This document shows, piece after piece, positions 21,708-31,367 of a DNA stretch of 64,000 nt; the stretch's first letter is position 1; each line of letters starts with the position of its first letter. A program made the position numbers and the translations under genes. This stretch comes from Patescibacteria group bacterium (lineage in GTDB: Bacteria; Patescibacteriota; UBA1384; XYA2-FULL-43-10; 1-14-0-10-43-13), in the NCBI GenBank assembly GCA_041666325.1, contig JBAYHC010000002.1, forward strand, positions 51,635 through 115,634, given 5' to 3'. The notes under the pieces were generated by a model, which was not told the DNA's origin, ran no database searches, and saw only the letters and a program-made list of their open reading frames with translations.

Positions 21708-22220
21708 TTAAATACTTTCAACCGCCAGAGTAGTCGAGATTTCAGCGAGGCCGTAGTCGTCTTTGATAATGATTTTGTGGCCCTGAATGTCGGTGATGGC
21801 AGAGGCTGGTATTATTCTCTCTTTGAGAATGCTTTTGGTATAAATTTTGGTGATGGCAAAGCTTGCACTGTCGATAAGATAGTCGAAAACACGCCCGACC
21901 TTTCTACCGCTTTGAGTGACAACGATCTGATTTATGCCGACGAATCCCTTGTTAATAGCACTCGCTACCCTGACCAGGTCCTTGAGGTTGGAAACAGCTT
22001 CCTTGTTACCAACCATGACAGCATAGTTATTCAGACTAATTATGTCGGTTGTCGAGATGGCTTTGGTATCTCTTTTAATGAACGTAGGGCTCTTGATGGT
22101 TAGAGCGAGGATTACGAGGTTGGTTTCAGAAAAAACGATATCATCAATTTCGCCAAGTATGCTTTGGCTTTTGGTTTCAAAAACTTTTGCTCCTACGACT
22201 CTGGAATAGGGGATGATCAT
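21708..22220 (-). CDS. PRC-barrel-like domain protein (hypothetical)
   Basis: 170 aa from ATG 22220 after RBS AAGGAGG; two beta-rich halves resembling PRC barrel repeats; weak assignment. Confidence 0.35.
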   Translation of the reverse strand: MIIPYSRVVGAKVFETKSQSILGEIDDIVFSETNLVILALTIKSPTFIKRDTKAISTTDIISLNNYAVMVGNKEAVSNLKDLVRVASAINKGFVGINQIVVTQSGRKVGRVFDYLIDSASFAITKIYTKSILKERIIPASAITDIQGHKIIIKDDYGLAEISTTLAVESI

Positions 22221-22362
22221 TGAGTTCAGGCCTCCTTGCGTATTAGTATAGCACATTAGGAAAAAAGCGGAATTGATCTCAGTTTGATATTGATCTTTTG
22301 GTTCTCATAATTACCAACAAAAAAGAGGCCTTGGCCTCTTTTTTGTTGGTATAACTTGTGGT

Positions 22363-22923
22363 TTAGTTGGCTCTTTCGACATATGAACCATCGCGGGTGT
22401 CTACGACGATTGAGTCCCCCTCTTTTATGAAGAGCGGTGCGTCGACTAATGCGCCTGTTTCGATGGTTACTTTTTTGGTCACTGAACCTGCGGTATTGCC
22501 CCTGACTCCTGGGGGAGCAGACGTTACCTTGAAGTTCATCTTAATAGGAAGCTCAATGTTGATCGCTTCATTGTTGAAGTAAATAATATCGACAGGAGTA
22601 TTCTCGGCCAAGTAGTTGATGTTGCTGCCGATTTTTTCGAGTGAGATATCAAACTGATCGTAGCTTTCCTCATCCATGAAGTAGGCACTGTTTTCATCGG
22701 AATAAAGAAAGGTTGATTTTTTCTTTGACAGAGATGCCTCCTCGACCTTGTCTGCTCCTTGAAATGTTTTATCGATTACGCCGCCGGTACGGAGGTTTTT
22801 CAGCTTGGTTTTGACAACTGCGCCTCCCCGTCCCATCTTGCTGTGTGAATAGCTCAAAACAACGTACGGGTCGTTTTCGTAAGTTAATTTGGCGCCGGTT
22901 TTTAGGTCAGTGATGCTTAACAT
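22363..22923 (-). CDS. efp: Elongation factor P (Arg-type loop)
   Basis: 186 aa; aligns over full length to EF-P; loop SKMGRGGAVVKTKLKNL has Arg at the position of E. coli Lys34. Confidence 0.9.
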   Translation of the reverse strand: MLSITDLKTGAKLTYENDPYVVLSYSHSKMGRGGAVVKTKLKNLRTGGVIDKTFQGADKVEEASLSKKKSTFLYSDENSAYFMDEESYDQFDISLEKIGSNINYLAENTPVDIIYFNNEAINIELPIKMNFKVTSAPPGVRGNTAGSVTKKVTIETGALVDAPLFIKEGDSIVVDTRDGSYVERAN

Positions 22924-23063
22924 AGAAACCCCTGGTTTCTAGTTCATAAAGTACTGAGTTCATAAAGTGACGGAGCCGCCTTTGCCTCTAAGATTCATCG
23001 ATCTGAACAAAGCTGTGTATCACTTTATAAACCTTATGAACTTTATAAACTTTAAAAACTAAA

Positions 23064-23300
23064 TTATTCTGCAACGAATGGCATAAGTGCCAAGTGTCGA
23101 GCTCTCTTGATTGCCTGAGTAAGCTGGCGCTGATGCTTAGCGCAATTGCCAGTTCTTCCGGCGGACTCGATCTGGTTCCAGCGGTTGAGGTAACGTGTCA
23201 ACGCGGTGACATTTTTGTAATCAATTTCTTCTGTAAGTTTAGCTTTGCAAAACAAACATTTTTTGGTTCGAACATTGCTTTCTTTGCTGATGTAAGCCAT
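23064..23300 (-). CDS. rpsR: 30S ribosomal protein S18
   Basis: 78 aa MAYISKESNVRTKKCLFC...RQLTQAIKRARHLALMPF; RBS AGGAGA. Confidence 0.9.
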   Translation of the reverse strand: MAYISKESNVRTKKCLFCKAKLTEEIDYKNVTALTRYLNRWNQIESAGRTGNCAKHQRQLTQAIKRARHLALMPFVAE

Positions 23301-23388
23301 AAAATCTCCTGATTAAGTACTAATTGTGAAAGAAATCGCTTTATTCCAGCTTGACTTAGAACTTAGTACTTTTAACTATTTGGTAATT

Positions 23389-23844
23389 TTAAAATGGAAT
23401 TTCGTCTATATCAATTTCATCGTCGGATTGTTTTTTAGCAGCAGGCTCTTGGCTTTCGGATGTGGTGTCGACCGGGTTGCTGTCGCTCATGGTAGATGGG
23501 GCACTGCCGCCTCGTCCGCCAAGGACAATAACATTCTCGGCAACTATCTCGGTCTTAAACCGTTTGACGCCATCCTGCCCTTCCCAGCTTCTGGTTTGAA
23601 GTCGTCCTTCAACGAAAACCGGTCCGCCCTTTTTGAGCATGGGGCTCAAAGTTTCGGCTTGCTGGCCCCAAAGAACGATATCATGATATTCGGTTGCCTC
23701 TCCGCCGGCTGCGCCATCCTTGCCCTTCCAGCGTCTGTTGGTTGCTACGGTGAAGGAGGAGACAGGTTGGCCATTAGGAGTGAAACGCATTTCGGCATCG
23801 CGAGTCAAATTGCCTAGTATCTGTGCACGATTTAAATTTAACAT
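23389..23844 (-). CDS. ssb: Single-stranded DNA-binding protein
   Basis: OB-fold N-terminus MLNLNRAQILGNLTRD..., Gly-rich linker, acidic tail DDEIDIDEIPF; start at ATG 23844 after GGAGG. Confidence 0.9.
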   Translation of the reverse strand: MLNLNRAQILGNLTRDAEMRFTPNGQPVSSFTVATNRRWKGKDGAAGGEATEYHDIVLWGQQAETLSPMLKKGGPVFVEGRLQTRSWEGQDGVKRFKTEIVAENVIVLGGRGGSAPSTMSDSNPVDTTSESQEPAAKKQSDDEIDIDEIPF

Positions 23845-23939
23845 AGGAACCTCCAGTTTATTAGCTGGTAAGCTGGTAAGCATGTAAGCAGTAAGTTTAC
23901 ATTACTTACTAGCTTAATTCTTATTAGCTTATTGCTTAA

Positions 23940-24566
23940 TTAAAGTTCGTCGTTCAATATATCATCCAGCTCTTTGTCGAGCTTAGCCAGGCGATCTGCT
24001 TCAGTTTCTGGCTTCTTCGTTCCGCGTGTCTTTTTTGGAGCTGTTTCCTTTGTTTCGGCTGGCGCTTTGGCCTTTGCCTCTTCTTTAGTTTCAGTTGGTT
24101 CTTCTGATGGTTCTTCGGCGGGGGCCGCTTCCTCTTCTTTATCGTTTCTGACCGACATCAATTCGCGACTGTCCGCGGTTTCACCCTCTACTGCCTCAAA
24201 GGCTCGTTCTCCACCGGCGACTTCCTCAATTGCTTCTGCTCCTACAATTTCCTCTGCCGTCAGAGTAAGCTCCTCTGTGCCGTAATCCTTCACGATGATA
24301 AGGTGGCGGATAACTTGTGGGAAGAGATGTAATTGCCGTTCCAACGGAGTCATCCCATTGGCCGGGAGATCAAAGTTGATCGTAACATAGGTTGCGAACT
24401 CTTGTTTCTTAATTGGGTAAGCGAGCTTTCTTCGTTTCCAGATTTCTTCCTTGAGGAGCTTGCCTCCAAGATCAGAAACAAAACCGCCAACTTTGCCGGT
24501 TACTTTATTTAGATCGCTCTCTGGGACCTTGTCAGAGACAAGGTAGGTCATTTCATATGAACGCAT
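23940..24566 (-). CDS. rpsF: 30S ribosomal protein S6 with ~100-aa acidic/Lys-Ala-Pro-rich C-terminal extension
   Basis: N-terminus MRSYEMTYLV...; conserved rpsF-ssb-rpsR order; long E/K/A/P tail. Confidence 0.85.
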   Translation of the reverse strand: MRSYEMTYLVSDKVPESDLNKVTGKVGGFVSDLGGKLLKEEIWKRRKLAYPIKKQEFATYVTINFDLPANGMTPLERQLHLFPQVIRHLIIVKDYGTEELTLTAEEIVGAEAIEEVAGGERAFEAVEGETADSRELMSVRNDKEEEAAPAEEPSEEPTETKEEAKAKAPAETKETAPKKTRGTKKPETEADRLAKLDKELDDILNDEL

Positions 24567-24711
24567 GGACACCCTTTCTGTGGCAACCTCGGCTCGCCTG
24601 ATGGCGAGATGGGCTCTCTGGCCTTTCGGGCTAGAGAAAAAGGTTAATAAATATGTATTATGATTTGTGAATCATGAGTTATGGTAACAGAAAATGAGGG
24701 AAAATGCAAAT

Positions 24712-25815
24712 CTATTTCTTGACGTTGAACCTAAATATTGTCACGTCGCCATCCTGAAATATATACTCTTTGCCCTCGGTTCGAACCAAACCCTTTGATT
24801 TTGCTCCCGCCCAGCCATTCTGAGCATAGAGATCTTGCCAGGGGACAACCTCTGCGGCGATAAAGCCCTTCTGAAAATCAGTGTGAATGACGCCTGCAGC
24901 CTCGGGCGCCGTTGCGCCTTTGTTCGCGGTCCAGGCCCGAGTTTCCTTCTCTCCCGAGGTGAAGTAGGTGATTAGGCCAAGGAGCTCATAGGCCTTCTTG
25001 ATCAGTGAATTTAGCCCTGTTTCTTCCATGCCTAGTGCCTCAAGGTATTCTTTCTTCTCGTCGTCAGAGAGTTCGTTTAATTCAGACTCCACCTTGGCAG
25101 AGATAATAACCGGCTCTGATTTTTTGATCCTAGATATTGTTTCACTAATTTTTGTTTTGACGCTTTCGCTTTGTATTTGTTCCTCAGAGACATTGGCAAT
25201 ATAGAGAAATGGTTTCATTGTTAGGAGGGCAAGATTTTTGATTAGCTCCGTCTCCTGGTCATCAAGATTGGTTTCGTGGGCATTTTTGCCGGCATTGAGA
25301 GTATCCTTTATCTTTTGCAGTGCAGAGTGGGCGACCTCTGATTCCTTTGACCGAGCTTTCAACTCCTTTTCGACGGAGTAGAGTCGTTTCTCAACAGTTG
25401 AGAGATCTGCTAACTGAAGTTCCGTTTCAATTGTTCCAATATCGGAGACCGGATCAACTTTGCCCTCGGTATGAATAATGTTGCCATCCTCAAAGAAGCG
25501 TACGACCATAGCAATAGCGTCGCACTCGCGAATATGGGCCAGGAATTGATTGCCCAAACCCTCACCCTTGGATGCACCTCGAACAAGGCCGGCGATATCG
25601 ACGAACTCAATTACTGTTGGGACAATCTTCTCTGACTTGGAGACCTGGGCCAGTGGAGAAAGGCGTTCATCTGGGACCTCAACAACGCCAACATTAGGAT
25701 CAATTGTGCAAAAGGGATAATTGGCTGCCTCAGCTTTGGCGCCTTTGACAAGTGCGTTGAACAATGTAGATTTTCCAACGTTGGGGAGACCAACGATCCC
25801 GATTTGAAGTGACAT
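24712..25815 (-). CDS. ychF: Redox-regulated ATPase YchF (Obg-family GTPase)
   Basis: MSLQIGIVGLPNVGKSTLFNAL... G1 motif, TGS domain at C-terminus. Confidence 0.9.
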   Translation of the reverse strand: MSLQIGIVGLPNVGKSTLFNALVKGAKAEAANYPFCTIDPNVGVVEVPDERLSPLAQVSKSEKIVPTVIEFVDIAGLVRGASKGEGLGNQFLAHIRECDAIAMVVRFFEDGNIIHTEGKVDPVSDIGTIETELQLADLSTVEKRLYSVEKELKARSKESEVAHSALQKIKDTLNAGKNAHETNLDDQETELIKNLALLTMKPFLYIANVSEEQIQSESVKTKISETISRIKKSEPVIISAKVESELNELSDDEKKEYLEALGMEETGLNSLIKKAYELLGLITYFTSGEKETRAWTANKGATAPEAAGVIHTDFQKGFIAAEVVPWQDLYAQNGWAGAKSKGLVRTEGKEYIFQDGDVTIFRFNVKK

Positions 25816-26130
25816 TAGCTATCCTAATCAGTTTTTATTATGTCATTCCCGCGGAGGCGGGAATCTATTCAATATTTCGTCTCACTCTACCACAAACCAC
25901 GCCTGATGTCGAACGGTCCACCGGTTGAGGTGTGTCAAGTGTCGAGGAACGACTCCCAAAATCCTTATTGTCAAAATTTAGCTAGAAAGTGAGATGTCCC
26001 CAAGGCTACCCGATTTAAACAATTCGACTATATTTCACGCGCAATATTGAACGTAATAATTGCTGTGGGTTAGGCCTTGTCAAAAAACAGGAGCCAGCGT
26101 AAGCACTGTCTCTTCGTGCAGTGTCCGAGG

Positions 26131-26168
26131 AACAATAGGTTTGAGAGAGAGTGATAAAAGTGTATAAT
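26131..26168 (+). promoter_or_regulatory. Sigma70-like promoter TTGAGA-16-TATAAT immediately upstream of 26173 ORF
   Basis: ggtTTGAGAgagagtgataaaagtgTATAATtcacATG. Confidence 0.45.
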
Positions 26169-26172
26169 TCAC

Positions 26173-27585
26173 ATGGATCCTAATAAAATTTTAAGTGCCG
26201 GGAACAAGGACATTATGGATAAAAATAAAAAGTCGGATAAACAATCGGGCAAACTGCAATGGAATCCATTAGACAGTAATAATACGGTCGGCGGATTGGT
26301 TAAGACTGCATATTCGCTGGAGGCAGGATCTAGTATTGTTGGTCAAATTATCTGGCAGTCATTTTATATTTTTTTGGTCATCTATTTTTCAGCTCAACTT
26401 AAAATTACGCCCATTCTCGCTATAGTTGCTGCTATTTGTGCTGGTATCTCACTCTGGATCTATTATCGTTCTTATAAAGTAATCAGAACTCTGCCAAACG
26501 AGAATAGTTTAGAAGGTTTTCAAAATATATTTATCCTTCGAGAACTGTATAAAATTCAAAAATCGATTGCTGATTCGCCAACGTCGCTCATTTTCTGGTA
26601 CTTATTGATACTTTATTTTGTTCAAAAATCACCGGGTTTTGAGTTTGTCCCGCATTCGGTAATCATTTTTCTCATTCTCATCTTTGCCGGTAATTTCTTA
26701 GTCGACCAGACGTTTGGAATAATTCGCTACCTGCAATATAAGCGCCATCTGCCTGAGGCCAAGAATAAAGCTCACGTTACTCAAATCGCAAAGCTGATTG
26801 ATGAAAAGATTGGTCTGGTCGGTTATTTAATTACAATGCCGATATTTTTTGCGTTAGCACTTCTTGTCGCAAGGAATATCGCTAATGGTGTACCAGGGCT
26901 TGCCACGATTCTCGCGTCAACTGGATCCCTGACTACAATCGTAATTGCTATTATTGTTTTTGCCAGCACATTGGTTATTATGCCGGTTTTATCAATGGTT
27001 ATTATTCGGCGGATCAATTCAATTGATTTTTCCCAATTTTCTGACCCCGTTATTCCTGTTGCAGTTGATTCTTCTCCTGTGATATCAAAAGAAAGGCGCC
27101 AAATTATTGATTCAGAGGAAAGATTGGTTTCCCTTTATGGTATTTGGAATACCCATAGTTACTCTGTCGAGGTTCTGGGAAAAGGCCAGCGCTACGATCC
27201 AGAGAACACCCTGATTATTACTCCCCACCGCCTTGTCTTTCTGAAAGTGCCAGTCTTCGGTGCCGGTGTTTCTATGGATGGTATTGACTACACTACCGAA
27301 GCAAATATTTGGGGGCGGGCAGATATCAGGGCGAAGGCCGAGGAGCTGGTTCAAAGCCATACCTTAGACGAGCTAGTTGAGAGAGATAAAGATAATTTTG
27401 TTCTCACTTATGACAAAATTAAAGAGGCCAAGCTAATCAAAAAAGGTTTTATTAATGTTCCGAGGCTTGAGGTTCATTCAATTGATGGCCGATCTCGCGC
27501 ATATTGCTGGCTGGACAAAACCTACCGTGGCATATTGGAAAGTACTCTGCCTAAAGTCTTAGGTGATCGGGCGATTATCGACTAA
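26173..27585 (+). CDS. Hypothetical polytopic membrane protein with C-terminal soluble (possibly bacterial PH-like) domain
   Basis: 470 aa; ~8 hydrophobic helices in first 300 aa; no recognisable catalytic motif; start may be at internal Met. Confidence 0.45.
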   Translation: MDPNKILSAGNKDIMDKNKKSDKQSGKLQWNPLDSNNTVGGLVKTAYSLEAGSSIVGQIIWQSFYIFLVIYFSAQLKITPILAIVAAICAGISLWIYYRSYKVIRTLPNENSLEGFQNIFILRELYKIQKSIADSPTSLIFWYLLILYFVQKSPGFEFVPHSVIIFLILIFAGNFLVDQTFGIIRYLQYKRHLPEAKNKAHVTQIAKLIDEKIGLVGYLITMPIFFALALLVARNIANGVPGLATILASTGSLTTIVIAIIVFASTLVIMPVLSMVIIRRINSIDFSQFSDPVIPVAVDSSPVISKERRQIIDSEERLVSLYGIWNTHSYSVEVLGKGQRYDPENTLIITPHRLVFLKVPVFGAGVSMDGIDYTTEANIWGRADIRAKAEELVQSHTLDELVERDKDNFVLTYDKIKEAKLIKKGFINVPRLEVHSIDGRSRAYCWLDKTYRGILESTLPKVLGDRAIID

Positions 27586-27823
27586 TCAGGCTCAGTACGT
27601 CCATGCCTGGAGAACGCTTCGAGATATAAATCTTGACGACAATTCCGAGTAGCCCAAAACGCTAACTCGCACTATTTGAGTCTTAGCGCTGATGGTTTTG
27701 ATCTCACCATTCGACCCAGCTTATCTCGTTGAACTGTCAGTTGTTCTTTTTGTGGTCGCGGAGCTGTGAAAGAGAACTGAAATTCTAAAAATCGGATTTG
27801 ATGAGGTAGATGCCTATTTGTCG

Positions 27824-27857
27824 AACAAAAAAGCCGCGGCGAATGCCAGCGGCGGGA
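27824..27857. repeat. 34-nt terminator-like element copy 1 (AACAAAAAAGCCGCGGCGAATGCCAGCGGCGGGA)
   Basis: Identical to 28768-28801; on minus strand forms short GC hairpin followed by TTTTTTG; lies 20 nt downstream of stop of 27877-28701 gene. Confidence 0.8.
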
Positions 27858-27876
27858 TGTATGAATAAACCATATC

Positions 27877-28701
27877 TCAATTGGTCAGTTCAGCCTCTTT
27901 TCGATAGAGGTCGCATAGGCGGCCAAGCACGACAAGCAGGGTGATTTGTGAAGTGAGGGTATCAACATCAACAGGCTGGAGCTCGGCCCCATGTCCTGGC
28001 TCCCAGGGATGAGCCATCCAAAGCATACCGCCACTCGGCGGGACCTTGAAGCGCAGTCCTGTCGGGAGATTAATGATTGTTTCAAGCCAGGACACATCGC
28101 TCTCGTCGCCAGCCATGGCTTTGTATGCTAGTTTGACTGGTGCTTCCAGGTCGGGCCAACTATAACATTGGCCTTTTTGTGATAACCAATTCATCAAATC
28201 AGCTGAAAGTGTAGCACAGAAAGAACCGCCACGCATTCCGAAGGTTGTGATGAAGTGGTCAATCGTCAGCAGCTGGCTGCCTGCGCCGCTTTGTCCTCTA
28301 TCATAGCCAAGGGCAGCAAACAGAAGATTGAGTGTGGCGGATATGCAGAGGATTGAATCATGGTTTGGCCTTCTCCAGCCTGAAACAGGGTCATACTCAG
28401 CTGTTTGCAGGTCAAAGTCTAGAACAACATCACTTGAACTGTCCTCAACGAAACCAACAAACATGTATGATGCAGCTCTACCGAAACCAAAGAAAGCAGT
28501 TCCCTCCTTGTGGTCAGCAAAGGGGGGTAGGCCGGAAAATCCTTTCTGCCTAGCTGCTTCCTGCCAATCTAATCGAAGAAGATTCTCCCAAACATCTCGT
28601 TTTATCCAGATGCGGAGGTTGGGGTCTCCGCCGGCAGCAGATAAGCGGTATCGTTCTGGTATTTTGCCACAAAGCAACGAAGGAACTCTTGCCTTGTCCA
28701 T
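27877..28701 (-). CDS. Hypothetical protein (274 aa), GC-elevated
   Basis: Start ATG 28701 after RBS AGGAGGA; no recognisable motif; ~55% GC. Confidence 0.45.
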   Translation of the reverse strand: MDKARVPSLLCGKIPERYRLSAAGGDPNLRIWIKRDVWENLLRLDWQEAARQKGFSGLPPFADHKEGTAFFGFGRAASYMFVGFVEDSSSDVVLDFDLQTAEYDPVSGWRRPNHDSILCISATLNLLFAALGYDRGQSGAGSQLLTIDHFITTFGMRGGSFCATLSADLMNWLSQKGQCYSWPDLEAPVKLAYKAMAGDESDVSWLETIINLPTGLRFKVPPSGGMLWMAHPWEPGHGAELQPVDVDTLTSQITLLVVLGRLCDLYRKEAELTN

Positions 28702-28767
28702 TTGGCTCTTCCTCCTGTGCGGTATAATTACCGCAAACTCTTTGTAGCACAATAGGATACAGCTCGC

Positions 28768-28801
28768 AACAAAAAAGCCGCGGCGAATGCCAGCGGCGGG
28801 A
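28768..28801. repeat. 34-nt terminator-like element copy 2
   Basis: Exact repeat of 27824-27857, 15 nt downstream of stop of 28816-29742 gene. Confidence 0.8.
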
Positions 28802-28815
28802 GATGAAAGGGGAAA

Positions 28816-29742
28816 TTAGGCTCGGGGAGCGCGGTTCGGTGTAGGACGGATCCCATTGACCTCGACGGTAGCCGAGACAGTATGGGCACGCTCCTCGATG
28901 CGCTGTCGCATCCGGTCCAGGGCTTCCTTAATAGCCAAGATGTCCTGATTCGACTGGAACTGTGACAACAAGGTGGCAAGATACTCGATGGCGCCGGTAA
29001 CCTCGGGCACGTCGCCAACGATCTTGGCGAGCCGTGCCAAGATGGCACTCGCCTGGCCGACCGTTTCGACGTTGAGGTTCTCCGGGTCAACCAAGGCGTC
29101 AAGCATCCGCAAACAGGTCGCCGTGTCGGCCGTCTCGATCGAAATGGGTTGGTCAGACACGGGCTGTTGTCTTGGCTGCATAATGGCTGCGACTGCAGCC
29201 TGCACGTCCGGGGCAAATTCCGGCTTGGACTCAGGGGCAATATCAGGTGCTACCAAGGTGGCACAATATCCGTAGTCACTGAGATTGCCATCGTTCCCAT
29301 AAGTCAAACGTGTGAACAATATTCCGCTTGTGTCTCCGTGTCGAAATACAACATAGCTTTGGTCAAACACTGCGCTGCTGAGTGTGCCTTCGTTCAAAAA
29401 GAAGATTCTGATTTGGTTATCTCTGGTTTTGTACCATTGAACAACCGGTAGCCAAGTGGCACGACCGACTTTTTCGGCCTCTTCGACAATCTGTCTTGTT
29501 GCCCTGAACTTGTCCATAGCAGCCAGGACTGCTTTTTCGCCATAATACGCGCCTAAGCCGAAGAGCAGAATCGGTATGCCGTATACAAAAATGTTCATCA
29601 TGTGCAACGAACGAAGGACAAAAAAGATGATTATGCTAGCAACGGCAGCGCAACCAGTTGGTAGCCATCTTGGGGTGGGCTCCGATACCTCACCTGAGCG
29701 GTCTGGGACTTCGATCTCAAGTGGAATACACGGATTACTCAT
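28816..29742 (-). CDS. Hypothetical membrane-anchored protein (2 N-terminal TM, beta-rich middle domain, acidic helical C-terminus)
   Basis: 308 aa; TM segments AAVASIIIFFVL and IFVYGIPILLFGLGAYY; unknown function. Confidence 0.45.
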   Translation of the reverse strand: MSNPCIPLEIEVPDRSGEVSEPTPRWLPTGCAAVASIIIFFVLRSLHMMNIFVYGIPILLFGLGAYYGEKAVLAAMDKFRATRQIVEEAEKVGRATWLPVVQWYKTRDNQIRIFFLNEGTLSSAVFDQSYVVFRHGDTSGILFTRLTYGNDGNLSDYGYCATLVAPDIAPESKPEFAPDVQAAVAAIMQPRQQPVSDQPISIETADTATCLRMLDALVDPENLNVETVGQASAILARLAKIVGDVPEVTGAIEYLATLLSQFQSNQDILAIKEALDRMRQRIEERAHTVSATVEVNGIRPTPNRAPRA

Positions 29743-29904
29743 GTTTTCCCTCTCTCACAGCGTTGTCGCACTCCGGCTCCAGGCACGGAATGCCGACATT
29801 ATTATATGCTTTTCTTTGAATTTGTCAATGTCAGAGGCGCACAATGCGACTCATGTATCAAAAAAGCGGAGTGGTGCTCCGCTGAGAGGTAATTTGCAAA
29901 TGGG

Positions 29905-30756
29905 TCAAAAGATGTATCGAACACCCTGTTGGGTCCAGCCGGCAAAGCCGGTGATGTCCTGATTCTCCCAATTGTCGGCATAGTGTATCAGGTGCATTTT
30001 GCCTCGGATTTCCGCCGGGAGTGTTTGCAGGTCGGCAAGCGGTGCGTGAACGGCACCGGGGAAGAATTGAACATCGTGGAACATAACACTCGACCTATCA
30101 GCATAGAAGTCAATCAATTGCCGGTCAAAGCGTGTGTCGCAGGAAACGAAGACGTGGCCATCGATAAACAAACCATAGCTCAGGAATGAATCTCCCCATC
30201 CCGTGGAGTTATCCGGGGTATGCATAGTGCGGAAGATCTCCAGATCGATGCCAGCGTAATTGCAGCTGAATATCTCGCGTGGTTGCTGCACTTTCCAGCG
30301 TGGTTGGACGATCGAGAAGTAATCAACGAGTGAGAGCCTTCGGCCGTCTGCTTCCTGCTCATTGTACTCAAGGCCGCCACGCAGCGAGCATTCCCAGAGT
30401 ACACGCTGATATTCAGGGGAAACGATCATCTTGAGTTTGTCTTTGCCAAGCATGCGCCGACCTTTGTAGCGGTTGGCTAAGGCTAACGTTTCGATTCCGC
30501 CTATGTGGTCAGCGTGCGAATGGGTGGGCAAGAGCACCTCAATGTCGGTCGGAGCAAGGTTGGCAGTTTGCCGCAATGCGATCTGGGCCTTCTGGCCAAA
30601 ATCAACCAAGATGTGGGTTTTGCCCTTAATGATAAGGAAATTGGTCTGGAAGTTGCGCTCGGCGTCCGCCGAGCCAACGCCGAGGAAGAAGAGTTCGAGT
30701 TGGCCATCATTTTGAAGACTGTATTTCTCTCCTGGCAACATGCCTCTTGTTTCCAT
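29905..30756 (-). CDS. MBL-fold metallo-hydrolase
   Basis: HxHxDH motif LLPTHSHADHIGG; start ATG 30756 (METRGMLPGEKY) after RBS aaaggga. Confidence 0.7.
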   Translation of the reverse strand: METRGMLPGEKYSLQNDGQLELFFLGVGSADAERNFQTNFLIIKGKTHILVDFGQKAQIALRQTANLAPTDIEVLLPTHSHADHIGGIETLALANRYKGRRMLGKDKLKMIVSPEYQRVLWECSLRGGLEYNEQEADGRRLSLVDYFSIVQPRWKVQQPREIFSCNYAGIDLEIFRTMHTPDNSTGWGDSFLSYGLFIDGHVFVSCDTRFDRQLIDFYADRSSVMFHDVQFFPGAVHAPLADLQTLPAEIRGKMHLIHYADNWENQDITGFAGWTQQGVRYIF

Positions 30757-30864
30757 TGGATGACTCCCTTTCTGTGGGTCAACGTTGAAGCACGCACGAA
30801 CCATACCACAGTGCCACCTAGGTGTCAAATGTAACGCGAAGGAATCGATGATTGACGTGGCCTT

Positions 30865-31242
30865 GTGGCCATGGTAGAATCACGCGTGTATTTTGACGAG
30901 GGAGGGAAGTGGAAGATGCGTAATTCTTTGTGGTATCAGGCGGTGTACCAGGGCACCGGCTTGACGATTGAGCTGGCTGGTTGTTTTGATGGCCAAGACG
31001 TATTCCAGATACGGGAGATTGTGGCCACGATGTATGCCAGGGGATTTAGCCAGGTCATTCTTGACTTTGACAAGGTAGTTTCTCTGGGTGATGAGGGCTT
31101 GCTTGTGCTCTATCAGAGTTACGATCTGGCAAGGAGGAGTAATCGCCAATTTGGTATTATCAATCCCAGTCCAGACGTGCTTCAGCTGCTCAAGCAAACA
31201 CAATCAGAGAGGATTATCTACACCGGTGAGAGCAGGGTATGA
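30865..31242 (+). CDS. STAS-domain protein (anti-sigma-factor-antagonist-like)
   Basis: ~125 aa; LTIELAGCFDGQDVFQIREIV...VILDFDKVVSLGDEGLLVL pattern typical of SpoIIAA/STAS fold. Confidence 0.45.
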   Translation: MAMVESRVYFDEGGKWKMRNSLWYQAVYQGTGLTIELAGCFDGQDVFQIREIVATMYARGFSQVILDFDKVVSLGDEGLLVLYQSYDLARRSNRQFGIINPSPDVLQLLKQTQSERIIYTGESRV

Positions 31243-31367
31243 GCGACTAGCTCGTGCCCAACAGACAGAACTGTGCGATTGATACGCGGGCGGCCTTAGT
31301 GGGTCGCCCTTTATTGTTATTACCTGATTGTTGTGGTATCTAGTTATCAATCGGAGGTGAGAGTGGA

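Noticed and set aside
28728-29240. 170-aa minus ORF in alternate frame inside 28816-29742 and 139-aa plus ORF 28328-28747
   Set aside because: These are alternate-frame or antisense overlaps of longer ORFs in GC-elevated sequence. They have no independent start signals.
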